Both the position numbers and the translations under genes were made by a program. Shown here piece by piece: positions 28,560-37,931 of a DNA stretch of 64,000 nt. The first letter of the stretch is position 1, and the number at the start of each line of letters is the position of its first letter. The notes beneath the pieces are model-generated. The model made no database searches, was not told the DNA's origin, and saw only the letters and a program-made list of their open reading frames with translations. This DNA is from an uncultured Chloroflexia bacterium (lineage in GTDB: Bacteria; Chloroflexota; Limnocylindria; Limnocylindrales; CSP1-4), in NCBI GenBank assembly GCA_963752475.1, contig CAVVYR010000019.1:128001-192000 (forward strand). Reading direction: 5' to 3'.

Positions 28560-29608
28560 TGCGCACGCTCACGCTCGGTCGACACGAGCCTCCGTTCTGG
28601 CCCACCGCGGTCCTCGCTACCCTCACCTGGGTCGTGGCCTGGTTCGCGGCCTGGCCGCTCAGCCAGTGGGTCGCCTTCGAGTTGCTGGGCCTGGAACACG
28701 GTAGCTCGTTGGGCGAGGCCATCGCCTTCTTCCTCTACGACGTGCCCAAGGTGCTCCTGCTCCTGCTGGGTGTCGTCACCATCGTCAGCTTCCTGCGCTC
28801 GTACGTGCCACCCGAGCGCGTTCGAGCCGCACTCGCCGGCCGCAGTGTCGTGGCCGGGACGATCGGAGCTGCGCTCTTCGGCGTCGTCACGCCCTTCTGC
28901 TCGTGTTCGGCCGTGCCCCTCTTCATCGGCTTCCTGCAGGCCGGCATCCCGGTCGGGGTCACGCTCGCCTTCCTCATCAGCTCGCCCCTCGTCAACGAGG
29001 TCGCGCTGGTCCTGCTGTGGGGCCTGTTCGGCTGGGAGATCGCGCTCATCTACATGGTCGCGGGCCTCTCGGTGGCCATCGTCGGCGGCCTCATCCTCGG
29101 GCGGCTGCCGCTCGAGCGACACCTCGAGCCATGGGTCCTGGAGGCGCGCCAGGCCGGTGGCGGCGCCCAGGTCATCGATGTCAGGGTCGCGACCGAGGAT
29201 CGCCTGCGCGAGGCCTGGTCCTCGACTCGCGACCTTGTGCGCAAGGTCTGGCCCTGGGTCGTGGTCGGCATCGGGGTCGGAGCCTTCATCCACGGCTACG
29301 TGCCCACGGATGTCATCGTCGACATCGGCGGCGCGGACAACCCCTGGGCTGTGCCCATCGTGACGGCGCTGGCGGTGCCGCTGTACGCGGGCGCTGCCGG
29401 CGTCATCCCCATCGTCGAGGCGCTCCTCGACAAGGGCCTGCCACTGGGCACGGTGCTGGCATTCATGATGGCCACCGTCGCCATCAGTCTGCCCGAGTTC
29501 CTCATCCTCCGGCGTGTCGCCAAGCCGGCGCTGCTGGCCGTCTTCCTCGGGGTCGTCGTCAGCGGGATCCTCGCGGTCGGCTATCTCTTCAACGCCCTCG
29601 GAACATGA
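28559..29608 (+). CDS. ArsP/DUF318-family permease
   Basis: TPFCSCSAVPLF, ISSPLVNE, SLPEFLIL. Confidence 0.9.
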   Translation: MRTLTLGRHEPPFWPTAVLATLTWVVAWFAAWPLSQWVAFELLGLEHGSSLGEAIAFFLYDVPKVLLLLLGVVTIVSFLRSYVPPERVRAALAGRSVVAGTIGAALFGVVTPFCSCSAVPLFIGFLQAGIPVGVTLAFLISSPLVNEVALVLLWGLFGWEIALIYMVAGLSVAIVGGLILGRLPLERHLEPWVLEARQAGGGAQVIDVRVATEDRLREAWSSTRDLVRKVWPWVVVGIGVGAFIHGYVPTDVIVDIGGADNPWAVPIVTALAVPLYAGAAGVIPIVEALLDKGLPLGTVLAFMMATVAISLPEFLILRRVAKPALLAVFLGVVVSGILAVGYLFNALGT

Positions 29609-29637
29609 TGCGAGACAGCATCGGAAGGAGTCCATCC

Positions 29638-29877
29638 ATGGTGAAGATCGAAGTGCTCGGCTCCGGCTGCGCCAACTGCAAGGCCGTCGAGTCCAATGCC
29701 CGCGAGGCCGTCGCGATGGCCGGAGTAGAGGCGGAGATCCTGAAGGTCACCGACTACGCCGAGATCGCCTCCCGCGGAGTCATGAGCACGCCGGGGCTCG
29801 TGATCGACGGTGAGGTCCGCTCGACAGGCCGCGTCCCCAGCGCCGGCGATATCGCGGAGTGGCTCGTGCCGAGCTGA
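29638..29877 (+). CDS. Small redox-active thioredoxin-like protein (MTH895 family)
   Basis: IEVLGSGCANC...GVMSTPGLVIDGE, SD AAGGAG. Confidence 0.9.
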   Translation: MVKIEVLGSGCANCKAVESNAREAVAMAGVEAEILKVTDYAEIASRGVMSTPGLVIDGEVRSTGRVPSAGDIAEWLVPS

Positions 29878-29904
29878 TCGGTGACGACCACCCAGGCATG
29901 ACGA

Positions 29905-29933
29905 ACGACCCCCGGGATGAACCCGGGGGTCGT
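29905..29933. terminator. Hairpin terminator between convergent genes
   Basis: ACGACCCCCGGG-N5-CCCGGGGGTCGT. Confidence 0.8.
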
Positions 29934-29959
29934 GCCTATGTCGCGGGGAGTGTGAGGGA

Positions 29960-31099
29960 CTAGCCCTGGACGCCCTTCTTCTTGAAGTGGCGGCGGCCGA
30001 TGGTCATGCCCGCGAAGACGAGCAGGTAGCAGGCGAGCACGAAGAAGCTGGCTGCGACCGAGGTCCCCTCGCCCTCCATGGCTGCCTCGATCCCGACGTC
30101 CATGGCTTCGAAGCCGGCCGAGATGGTGAAGATGCCGAGTGCGCCGAGGATGCCAAGGATGCTGAGCACGATGGCGAAGGCGCGACCCCAGCGGCGGTGC
30201 CCGAAGACGCCGACGGCGGCGATGAGGTGGATGATGCCGATGATGAGGAGGATGCCGCCAAAGGCGAAGATCCGCTCCTCGGTAGCTTCGACGTCAGCGA
30301 TGAGGTCCTGGGCGTCGGCGCTGAGCGTGACGTCTCCGAGCCAATCGGTGACGCTCTGTGCCCACAGCACGAGCGCGCCCGCGATGCCCCAGACGAAGCC
30401 CCAGGTGAGCAGGACCCACCCGGCGAGCACCGCCAGGAACGAGCGGTTGTATCCGCCCTCACCCTGTGCGTAGTACTGATCCTGGCCCGGCTGCGCATAG
30501 GCGTAGGGCTGGCCCGGCTGCGGCGGGTAGCCCGGCTGCTGCTGGCCGTACGCCGACTGGTCGTAGTAGCCCGGCTGCTGCTGGCCGTACGCCGACTGGT
30601 CGTAGTACTGCGGCTGCTGGTAGCCCTGCTGCTGGCCGTACGCCGACTGGTCGTAGTACTGCGGCTGCTGGTAGCCCTGCTGCGGCTGCTGCTCGTAGCC
30701 CTGCTGCGGCTGCTGCTCGTAGCCCTGCTGCGGCTGCTGATACCCCGGCTGCTGCTGTGCGTACTGCTGCTGCTGCTGGTAGGCCTGCTGATCGTAGCCC
30801 TGCTGCTGCTGCTCGTAGCCCTGCTGCGGCTGCTGATACCCCTGCTGCTGCTGTGCGTACTGCTGCTGCTGCTGCGCATCGGGCGCCGCGTAGGCCTGCG
30901 TGTCGGCCGGGTTGGCCGCTTGCTGGTAGGAGGAATCCGCGGACCAAGCGGCGTACTCGGCCGCTGCGTCCTGGCTCCCGCCGGCTGCTGGCTGTGACTG
31001 ATCCTGGCCTGGAGTCTGGTTCCAGGCCGAGGTGTCGCCGCTGCCCGAAGCGGGCGGCTGTGCCCCGCTCGCGTCGTTAGGCGGGTTGTTCTGATCCAT
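29960..31099 (-). CDS. Membrane protein with long Q/Y/G/P low-complexity N-terminus
   Basis: QQQGYQQP/YYDQSAYGQQQ repeats, then four TM segments. SD GGGAGG. Confidence 0.85.
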   Translation of the reverse strand: MDQNNPPNDASGAQPPASGSGDTSAWNQTPGQDQSQPAAGGSQDAAAEYAAWSADSSYQQAANPADTQAYAAPDAQQQQQYAQQQQGYQQPQQGYEQQQQGYDQQAYQQQQQYAQQQPGYQQPQQGYEQQPQQGYEQQPQQGYQQPQYYDQSAYGQQQGYQQPQYYDQSAYGQQQPGYYDQSAYGQQQPGYPPQPGQPYAYAQPGQDQYYAQGEGGYNRSFLAVLAGWVLLTWGFVWGIAGALVLWAQSVTDWLGDVTLSADAQDLIADVEATEERIFAFGGILLIIGIIHLIAAVGVFGHRRWGRAFAIVLSILGILGALGIFTISAGFEAMDVGIEAAMEGEGTSVAASFFVLACYLLVFAGMTIGRRHFKKKGVQG

Positions 31100-31166
31100 G
31101 AGTTCCTCCCTGACTAGGCACGCGCAAGTGTACCCGGCCTCCAAGCCTGTGCGAATACGGCGGACA

Positions 31167-32252
31167 TCACCGTTCTGCAAAGATGTCGCGCAACTCGAAC
31201 GGCGCGGTCGTCTCGAGCTGGTCGTAGCGGCAGTCCGCGGGTGTCCTGTCGGGCCGCCACCGCGTGAAGGTGGTGGCGTGCCGGAAGCGATCGCCCTGCA
31301 GATGGTCGTAGGCTACTTCGACGACGCGCTCGGTCCGCAGCGGCTCCCAGGAGAGGTCCTTGCCGCGGTTCCAGCGCGAGGTGGCACCGGGCATGCGTTG
31401 GCCGGTGGCTTCGGCCTCGGCCGACCAGGCTGCCCACTCGCGCCAAGGGTGATCCTCGAGGGCGCGGTCGCGCAATGGCGCCAGCTCCGTTGCCAGCTCG
31501 GCCCGGCGATCCCACTTGAACGATGAGGTCACGCCGACGTGGTGCAGCGTCCCAGCATCGTCGTGGAGCCCGAGGATGAGTGAGCCCACGTGCGTCCCAG
31601 GCCCGTTCTTGTGCCAGCGGAAGCCGGCCATGACGCAGTCGGCCGTGCGCTTGTGCTTGATCTTGAGCATCCGCCGCTTGCCGGGCTCGTAGATGGCGTC
31701 CGCGGCCTTGGCGATGACGCCATCGAGGCCTGCCCCCTCGAAGCGCGCGAACCAGTCGGCCGCCAGGTCCCGCTCCCGCGTCAGCGGCGTCAGGTGCACG
31801 GGTGGTCGGGCCGCTGCCAGCATCTCTTCGAGTCGTGCCCGCCGCTCACTCTGAGGCGTCTCCAGGAGCGACGCATCGTCGAGCGCCAAGAGGTCCCAGG
31901 CCACGAATGACGCCGGCGTCTGCTCGGCGAGCATGTTCACGCGCGACTCGGCCGGGTGGATGCGCAGGAGCAGGGCGTCGAAGTCGAGGGCTCCATCGCG
32001 TGCGATCACGACCTCGCCGTCGAGCACGCAGCGTCGAGGCAGGTTCGCCAGGAGTGGCTCGGCCAGCTCAGGAAAGTAGCGGTGGAGGGGCTTCTTGTCG
32101 CGGCTCTGGACATACAGGTCGTCGCCATCCCGGAAGATGAGGGCCCGGAAGCCATCCCACTTGGGCTCGTAGAGCCAGCCCTCGCCAGCGGGCAGGTCCG
32201 TGGCCACCTTGGCCAGCATCGGCTGCACGGGCGGAGCGAGGGGCAGGTCCAT
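31167..32252 (-). CDS. ligC: ATP-dependent DNA ligase LigC
   Basis: PMLAK, YEPKWDGFR motif I, LDGE, GLDGVIAK, KIKH, RFRH. Confidence 0.9.
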   Translation of the reverse strand: MDLPLAPPVQPMLAKVATDLPAGEGWLYEPKWDGFRALIFRDGDDLYVQSRDKKPLHRYFPELAEPLLANLPRRCVLDGEVVIARDGALDFDALLLRIHPAESRVNMLAEQTPASFVAWDLLALDDASLLETPQSERRARLEEMLAAARPPVHLTPLTRERDLAADWFARFEGAGLDGVIAKAADAIYEPGKRRMLKIKHKRTADCVMAGFRWHKNGPGTHVGSLILGLHDDAGTLHHVGVTSSFKWDRRAELATELAPLRDRALEDHPWREWAAWSAEAEATGQRMPGATSRWNRGKDLSWEPLRTERVVEVAYDHLQGDRFRHATTFTRWRPDRTPADCRYDQLETTAPFELRDIFAER

Positions 32253-32333
32253 GGTCTGCACGATACCCCGCCCTCGGGGGGCGGACAACGCCAGAGCGCG
32301 GAGCGCCCGAGGCTGCGTGGTAGCCTCGAGGAC

Positions 32334-33062
32334 GTGTCTGCTCCCACCTTCCGAGGCGATCCATACCGCGTGCTCGACGTGCGCCACGATGCTTCCGCAG
32401 ATGAGATCAAGGCTCGCTGGCGCGAGCTCGCGCGCGAGCTTCACCCCGACCGTGCCGGTTCCGACGCCAGTGAGCGCGAGCGGCTGACCACGCGCATGGC
32501 GCGCATCAACGCCGCTTACGACGTGCTCAGCGATCCGATCCGGCGTGCTCGCTACGACAGCACCCCGCACGCGCGGCGTGAGCGATACGCAGAGGGCCGG
32601 CCGCCGGGCTCGGATGACAAGGTCGGGCCGCCGCCACCGCCGCCGACGAAGCCGGTGACCGCACGCTTCGACTTCTCGAACTCGTTCAGGCCACGCAACA
32701 GCGCGGCCATCCGTCAGCCGGGCCGTCACACCACGCTCGCGGGCCAGGCGCCGGTCGATTGGCGTCGGTACCGCCAGGGTCCTGACCTGCGCGCGAGCGA
32801 CCCCAACGGACCGGTCCATCGAAGGGTCGATCCGAGGCGCGTGCGTATGCCCAGCCTCGACGAGGCCAGGGCCACGGTGCTCGGCTTCGGGCGCTTCCAC
32901 GGCCGGACGCTGGGCGAGGTGGCCGAGAAGGAGCCGACCTACATCGACTGGATCGCCTCCACCATCACCCGCGACCGTGACTTGGTGATGCGGGCCAAGG
33001 TCATCGCCAGCGACCTCGACGCGCGCGGCATCGAACGCCGACCCCGCGTGGCCGAGGCGTAG
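32334..33062 (+). CDS. J-domain (DnaJ-like) protein with C-terminal FGRFHG..L.E...Y..W domain
   Basis: DPYRVL...LHPD...INAAYDVLSDP..RARYD. Confidence 0.85.
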   Translation: MSAPTFRGDPYRVLDVRHDASADEIKARWRELARELHPDRAGSDASERERLTTRMARINAAYDVLSDPIRRARYDSTPHARRERYAEGRPPGSDDKVGPPPPPPTKPVTARFDFSNSFRPRNSAAIRQPGRHTTLAGQAPVDWRRYRQGPDLRASDPNGPVHRRVDPRRVRMPSLDEARATVLGFGRFHGRTLGEVAEKEPTYIDWIASTITRDRDLVMRAKVIASDLDARGIERRPRVAEA

Positions 33063-33523
33063 CCGCCCGCGGTCCGCGCAGAGGTCCCCGAAGATCGGGG
33101 TCGGATGGAAGAAGGGGGATCGTTCGAGTCGCCCGGCCCGTGCGCTGGCCCGGCGACTCGAGATCGATCACTGCGACGAAGAAGGATGACCTCGCCGCCG
33201 CCTGCCTCACCGCTGGCAAGGCCCGGAGCCAGCCGGTTCACCTGTTACTCGACTCGTGACCCGGAGACGGCGATCCGATCTCGTGTGGTGCTGACACGAT
33301 GCACGGTGTCGGTTAGCGCCACCACGTTGGATGATATGGATCGCGTTTCGTCCCGGGCCCGGTGGTCGACGCCTTCAGGGCCCGTGCCAGCGTCGAGGGA
33401 CGACGGCAAGGCCAACGTTAAGGGACAGTCCGGGGCTGCACAATGGCGCCTTGTTCTGACCCGCCCATGACCATCTGCTTGCCAGTTCTTACGTGCCTGC
33501 CACGCCAGAGCGCTCCCGCCGTG

Positions 33524-34729
33524 CTAGAGCGCCTGCTCCAGGATCTCGGTGAGTTCTTCGTCATTCAGCGCGACCGGGTTGGTGCGCATCGATGACCCCG
33601 GCGAATCGGCAACTACGACGGGGATGTGTGCGCGTGTCATCTCGAAGGCCGAGAGCGGCGGCACGCTGAGCGTCTTGACCATGTCGTGGAGCGTGTCAAC
33701 CAGCGCCACCCGAGCGGCGCCATCACGGATGGTCGACGGCAGGTCGGCCAGGATGCGCCCGGCCTCGGCGTACTTGGGCAGGGCCGGGGAGTCCGGGACA
33801 CGCTCGGTGAGCGCGGTGATGTTGGTGCGGATCGTCTGCCACAGGACCGCGCCACAGGCCATGCCGTGCGGGATCGGCAGCTGGGCTCCGAGCGGGCTGG
33901 CGAAGCCGTGGACCGCACCCAGGCCGGCGTTGGCCAGGCACACGCCCGACAGGAGTGCCGCGTAGGCCATCTGACTGCGAGCGGCCGAAGCCTCGGGGCC
34001 GTCGGGATCCGCGTGCCAGGCGAGGAGGCCGCGACGCACGGCGGCGAGGCCATCGCGCGCGAGGGCATCGGTGAAGGGCGTAGCCCGCTGCGAGGTCAGC
34101 GCCTCCAACAGCTGGGTCAGGGCATCGAGGCCGTTGGCGGCGATGAGCGAGCGAGGTGCGGTTGCCAGCAGGTCGGGATCGACCACAGCGTCCGCAGGGA
34201 CCATCGACTCGTCGCGGAAGGAGCGTTTGTAGCCCTCCGGCCCGCGCTCGGTCACGACGGCGTTCCGCGTGGCCTCGGAACCGGTGCCGGCGGTGGTCGG
34301 CACGGCAACGACCGGCAGCGCTCCGCCGGGGTAGGGCACGCCGCGACCGACGCCTTCGAGGTGGTCCATCAGCTCCGTCTCGACCGGCAGCAGTCCGGCG
34401 ATGGCCTTGGCCGTGTCGAGAGCGGCTCCGCCGCCGACGCCGATGACGACCTCGATGCCTTGGCCGCGGAACTCGTTCACGGGGACCTCGATGTCCTCCG
34501 GTCCGGGCTCGCCGCTGACGGTGGTGGCGCCGACGAGCGTGATGCCGGCGTCGGCCATGCCGGCTTCGAGCTCCGCCCGACGCGGCGAGTCATTGAAGGA
34601 GCGGCCGCCGGTGACGAGAAGCGCGCGCGAGCCGTGGCTCGCGGCGATCGCTGGGACCTTGGAGAACACGCCGGCGCCGAAGGTGATGCGCGGGAGCCGG
34701 CCCAGCCCGAACGCGGGAACGACGTCCAT
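33524..34729 (-). CDS. Iron-containing alcohol dehydrogenase
   Basis: GVGGGAALDTAKA, PTTAGTGSEAT, GLGAVHG, PHG. Confidence 0.9.
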   Translation of the reverse strand: MDVVPAFGLGRLPRITFGAGVFSKVPAIAASHGSRALLVTGGRSFNDSPRRAELEAGMADAGITLVGATTVSGEPGPEDIEVPVNEFRGQGIEVVIGVGGGAALDTAKAIAGLLPVETELMDHLEGVGRGVPYPGGALPVVAVPTTAGTGSEATRNAVVTERGPEGYKRSFRDESMVPADAVVDPDLLATAPRSLIAANGLDALTQLLEALTSQRATPFTDALARDGLAAVRRGLLAWHADPDGPEASAARSQMAYAALLSGVCLANAGLGAVHGFASPLGAQLPIPHGMACGAVLWQTIRTNITALTERVPDSPALPKYAEAGRILADLPSTIRDGAARVALVDTLHDMVKTLSVPPLSAFEMTRAHIPVVVADSPGSSMRTNPVALNDEELTEILEQAL

Positions 34730-35034
34730 CAGGCCTTGTCCGTCGGGATCGACACGCCCTCGTAGCGGTCGGCGTAGCGCTCCTTCGAGGCCAGCGCCGG
34801 GATCTGCTCCTTGAAGGCGGCGTAGTGCGGCGTGGTCTTGTGGAAGGCCGCCGCCTCCTCGTCGCGGTAGACCTCCCAGATAAGGAACTCGTTGGGGTCC
34901 TCGGTCGAGCGGACGATGTCGAAGCGGACGCAGCCGGGCTCGGCCAGCGAGCCCTCCTGGTCGGCCAGGATCAGCTCCATGAACGCATCGGTCGACTCGG
35001 GCTTGACGAAGATGTGGACTGCCGCGACGAACAT
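34729..35034 (-). CDS. ABM-domain protein (LsrG-like)
   Basis: EPGCVRFDI...FLIWEVY...FHKTTPHY. Confidence 0.85.
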   Translation of the reverse strand: MFVAAVHIFVKPESTDAFMELILADQEGSLAEPGCVRFDIVRSTEDPNEFLIWEVYRDEEAAAFHKTTPHYAAFKEQIPALASKERYADRYEGVSIPTDKA

Positions 35035-35084
35035 CGGCTGGCCTCCTCTGGCGCGTACGTGGTCGTTTGGTCGTGCGGAGACGG

Positions 35085-35798
35085 CTAGTGCCGGTCCCCT
35101 GGCTGTCCATAGTAGGCACCTGGGCCGTGCTTGCGGTCGAAGTGCCGGCGCAGGAGCGCCTCCTGGATGTGCGGTGCCTCCGGGTTCAGCGAGAGCGTGC
35201 GTTCCGCCATCGCAGCGACCGCCTCCAGCGCGATGGCGTTGACCACGGCGTGGTCGGCGTCCTTTCCCCAGGTGAACGGTCCGTGAGAGCGAACGAGCAC
35301 CGCGGGCATGCGCAGCGCATCTTCGGTCCGGCCCGCGATGGTCTCGATGATGACGTTGCCGGTCTCGAGCTCGTACTCACCCTCGATCTCGGGCTCGGTC
35401 ATCAACCGCGAGGTGGGCACGGCGCCGCGGAAGTGGTCCGCGTGGGTGGTGCCGAGGGCGGGGATGTCCATGCCGGCCTGCGCAAAGGCCGCTGCGAACG
35501 AGCTGTGCGTGTGGACCACGCCACCGAGGTCGGGGAAGGCCTGATAGAGCCGCAGATGGGTGGGCGTATCAGAGGAGGGGCGCATCGTGCCCTCGAGCAC
35601 GCGGCCGTCGTCGAGGGAGACGACCACGAGGTCCTCGGGCTGGACGGCGTCACAGGCGACGCCGCTGGGCTTGATGACGAGGGCGTTGGCCTCACGGTCC
35701 ACACCGCTCACGTTGCCGAAGGAGAGCGTCACCAGCCCGGCCTTGACGAGATCCGCGTTGGCCTGGGCGACCTGCTCTCGGAGAGCCATGTCGATCAT
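35085..35798 (-). CDS. araD: L-ribulose-5-phosphate 4-epimerase
   Basis: GNVS, IKPSGV, PSSDTPTH, VHTHS, GTTHADHF, HGPFTWG, KHGPGAYYGQ. Confidence 0.95.
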   Translation of the reverse strand: MIDMALREQVAQANADLVKAGLVTLSFGNVSGVDREANALVIKPSGVACDAVQPEDLVVVSLDDGRVLEGTMRPSSDTPTHLRLYQAFPDLGGVVHTHSSFAAAFAQAGMDIPALGTTHADHFRGAVPTSRLMTEPEIEGEYELETGNVIIETIAGRTEDALRMPAVLVRSHGPFTWGKDADHAVVNAIALEAVAAMAERTLSLNPEAPHIQEALLRRHFDRKHGPGAYYGQPGDRH

Positions 35799-35827
35799 GC
35801 ACCTGATGGTAGCCGAGACTGTGTCGT

Positions 35828-35864
35828 TTGACCGGGAGCAAACGATTGCATACACTCGTTTGCA
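35828..35864 (+). promoter_or_regulatory. araA promoter with tandem LacI-type operators
   Basis: TTGACC-N17-TACACT, overlapped by AGCAAACGATTGCA and TACACTCGTTTGCA. Confidence 0.8.
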
Positions 35865-35915
35865 TCCCCCGCGACACCAAGCATGACCTGGCATCTGTGT
35901 GGAGGCGAACGAGCG

Positions 35916-37418
35916 ATGGCATTCGAAGGGCTCAAGATCTGGTTCCTGACCGGCAGTCAGGACCTCTATGGCGAGGTCATCCTGGGGCAGGTCAAGACCA
36001 ACTCGGCTGAGATGGTGGCGGGGCTCAACGCGTCCGACGCGGTTCCCGTCGAGATCGTGCACCGGCCCACGGTGACCACGCCCGACGGCATCCGTCGTGC
36101 CTGCATCGAAGCCTCAGCGGACGATTCGGTCATCGGCGTCATCGGCTGGATGCATACCTTCAGTCCGGCCAAGATGTGGATCCATGGCCTGCAGGCGCTG
36201 ACCAAGCCATTCCTGCATCTGCACACACAGCACAACGCCGACCTGCCCTACGACTCCATCGACATGGAGTTCATGAACACGAACCAGTCGGCGCACGGTG
36301 ATCGCGAGTTCGCCTACATCGTGTCGCGGCTACGGATGCCGCGCAAGACGGTCGCTGGCCATTGGCAGGACGCGGGGGTCCAGGGTCGCATCGGCAGCTG
36401 GATGCGCGCGGCGGCCGGCGTGCACGAAGCTCGGAACCTGCGGTGCATCCGCTTCGGCGACAACATGCGCGAGGTGGCCGACACCGATGGCGACAAGGTC
36501 GAGGTGCAGGCGCGACTCGGAGCCTCCTGCAACACCTATCCCGTCAACGAGCTGGCCGACACCGTCGACCAGGTCGCTGATGCCGAGGTCGATACCCTCT
36601 GTGCCGAGTACGACGATCTCTACGACGTCGTGCCCGAGCTGCGTGTCGGCGGCGAACGACGTGAGTCGCTGCGTGATGCTGCGCGCATCGAGCTGGGCCT
36701 GCGCGCGTTCCTCAGCGGACTCGACTCGATGGCCTTCGTGGACACCTTCCAGGACCTTGGTGGACTCAAGCAGCTGCCCGGTATCGGCGCCCAGCGCCTG
36801 ATGGCCGACGGCTACGGCTTCGGCCCGGAGGGTGACTGGAAGACGTCGATGCTGGTGCGCCTGGTCAAGGTCATGGGCGAGGGCCTCGAGGGTGGTTCAT
36901 CCCTCATGGAGGACTACACCTACGACTTCGGGGCCGATGCCACGTCCGTGCTCGGTGCCCACATGCTGGAGGTCTGCCCGTCGATCGCCGGGGCCAAGCC
37001 GTCGTGCGAGATCCACCCGCTGTTCGTGGGTGAGCGCGAGGACCCCGTGCGGCTGGTCTTCACCGGCGCGGCTGGGCCGGGAGTCGTGGTGGGCATGGTC
37101 GACATGGGCACGCACCTTCGGCTGGTGGCCAACGAGGTCGACGCCATCGACCCGCCCGGTGATCTGCCCAAGCTCCCGACCGCCCGGGCTCTGTGGGTGC
37201 CGCGACCGGACTTCACCACCGCCGCCGAGACCTGGCTCATGGCGGGCGGCCCGCACCACACGGCCTACACCCAGGCCCTCGGGCTCGACGTGGTCGAGGA
37301 CTTCGCCGAGATGCTCGACATGGAGCTGCTAGGCATCGACGCCGACACCACCGTTCGCAACTTCAAGAAGGAGCTGGGTTGGACGGCGGCCTACCGCACG
37401 CTCCGAACCGGCGTGTAG
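35916..37418 (+). CDS. araA: L-arabinose isomerase
   Basis: WFLTGSQDLYG, WMHTFSPAKMW, NQSAHGDRE, EGDWK, AHMLE, GGPHHT. Confidence 0.97.
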   Translation: MAFEGLKIWFLTGSQDLYGEVILGQVKTNSAEMVAGLNASDAVPVEIVHRPTVTTPDGIRRACIEASADDSVIGVIGWMHTFSPAKMWIHGLQALTKPFLHLHTQHNADLPYDSIDMEFMNTNQSAHGDREFAYIVSRLRMPRKTVAGHWQDAGVQGRIGSWMRAAAGVHEARNLRCIRFGDNMREVADTDGDKVEVQARLGASCNTYPVNELADTVDQVADAEVDTLCAEYDDLYDVVPELRVGGERRESLRDAARIELGLRAFLSGLDSMAFVDTFQDLGGLKQLPGIGAQRLMADGYGFGPEGDWKTSMLVRLVKVMGEGLEGGSSLMEDYTYDFGADATSVLGAHMLEVCPSIAGAKPSCEIHPLFVGEREDPVRLVFTGAAGPGVVVGMVDMGTHLRLVANEVDAIDPPGDLPKLPTARALWVPRPDFTTAAETWLMAGGPHHTAYTQALGLDVVEDFAEMLDMELLGIDADTTVRNFKKELGWTAAYRTLRTGV

Positions 37419-37544
37419 CCCACCGGGTTCGCGGGAGCGCCAGAGCCAGGATCGGAAGGACGCGGCCCCAAGGGAGCCGCGTCGTTCCTGTCTACTGATG
37501 GATGGCATCGAGCCAGCCGCGCCGGGTCGACCCTGGGCCCTTGG

Positions 37545-37931
37545 CTATCGGATGGAGACGCCGACGACGCAGCGACCGTTGGTGCGGATGGTCACGCCGA
37601 TCGTCCGGTCACGACGGGTGACCGGGAAGCTCCACACACCGGCTCGGTTGTAGGTGCGCGCCCACTTCTCATATGGGCCGACCCGATACGAGCGCCCGGC
37701 TCGGGCAAAACTGACGGAGTTGAGTCGGCACTTGGTCCGGCCGGCCTTCTTCTGCAGCATCACGACGACCTTGGCCCGTGCCGGCGTGCGGTCGATGAGT
37801 GTCGTTCGCGTGGTGCGGTTGGTGGTGATGACCGTCGAGCCGCCGTTGTACTTCCTGACGACGGCGTCAGCGGGCGCCGCCGCGGCGATGACGAGTGATG
37901 CGGCGATCAGGCCGGAGATGAGCAGGCGCAT
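37545..37931 (-). CDS. Small basic secreted hypothetical protein
   Basis: Signal peptide ending PADA, Arg/Lys-rich mature region with two Cys. Confidence 0.7.
   Translation of the reverse strand: MRLLISGLIAASLVIAAAAPADAVVRKYNGGSTVITTNRTTRTTLIDRTPARAKVVVMLQKKAGRTKCRLNSVSFARAGRSYRVGPYEKWARTYNRAGVWSFPVTRRDRTIGVTIRTNGRCVVGVSIR

Noticed and set aside
31167-35119. Extended N-termini in the ORF track (ligC from 32900, J-protein from 31956, ADH from 35119; likewise blaI, araD, araB, zincin)
   Set aside because: They overlap neighbouring genes; starts were reassigned using SD or -10 signals and domain boundaries.
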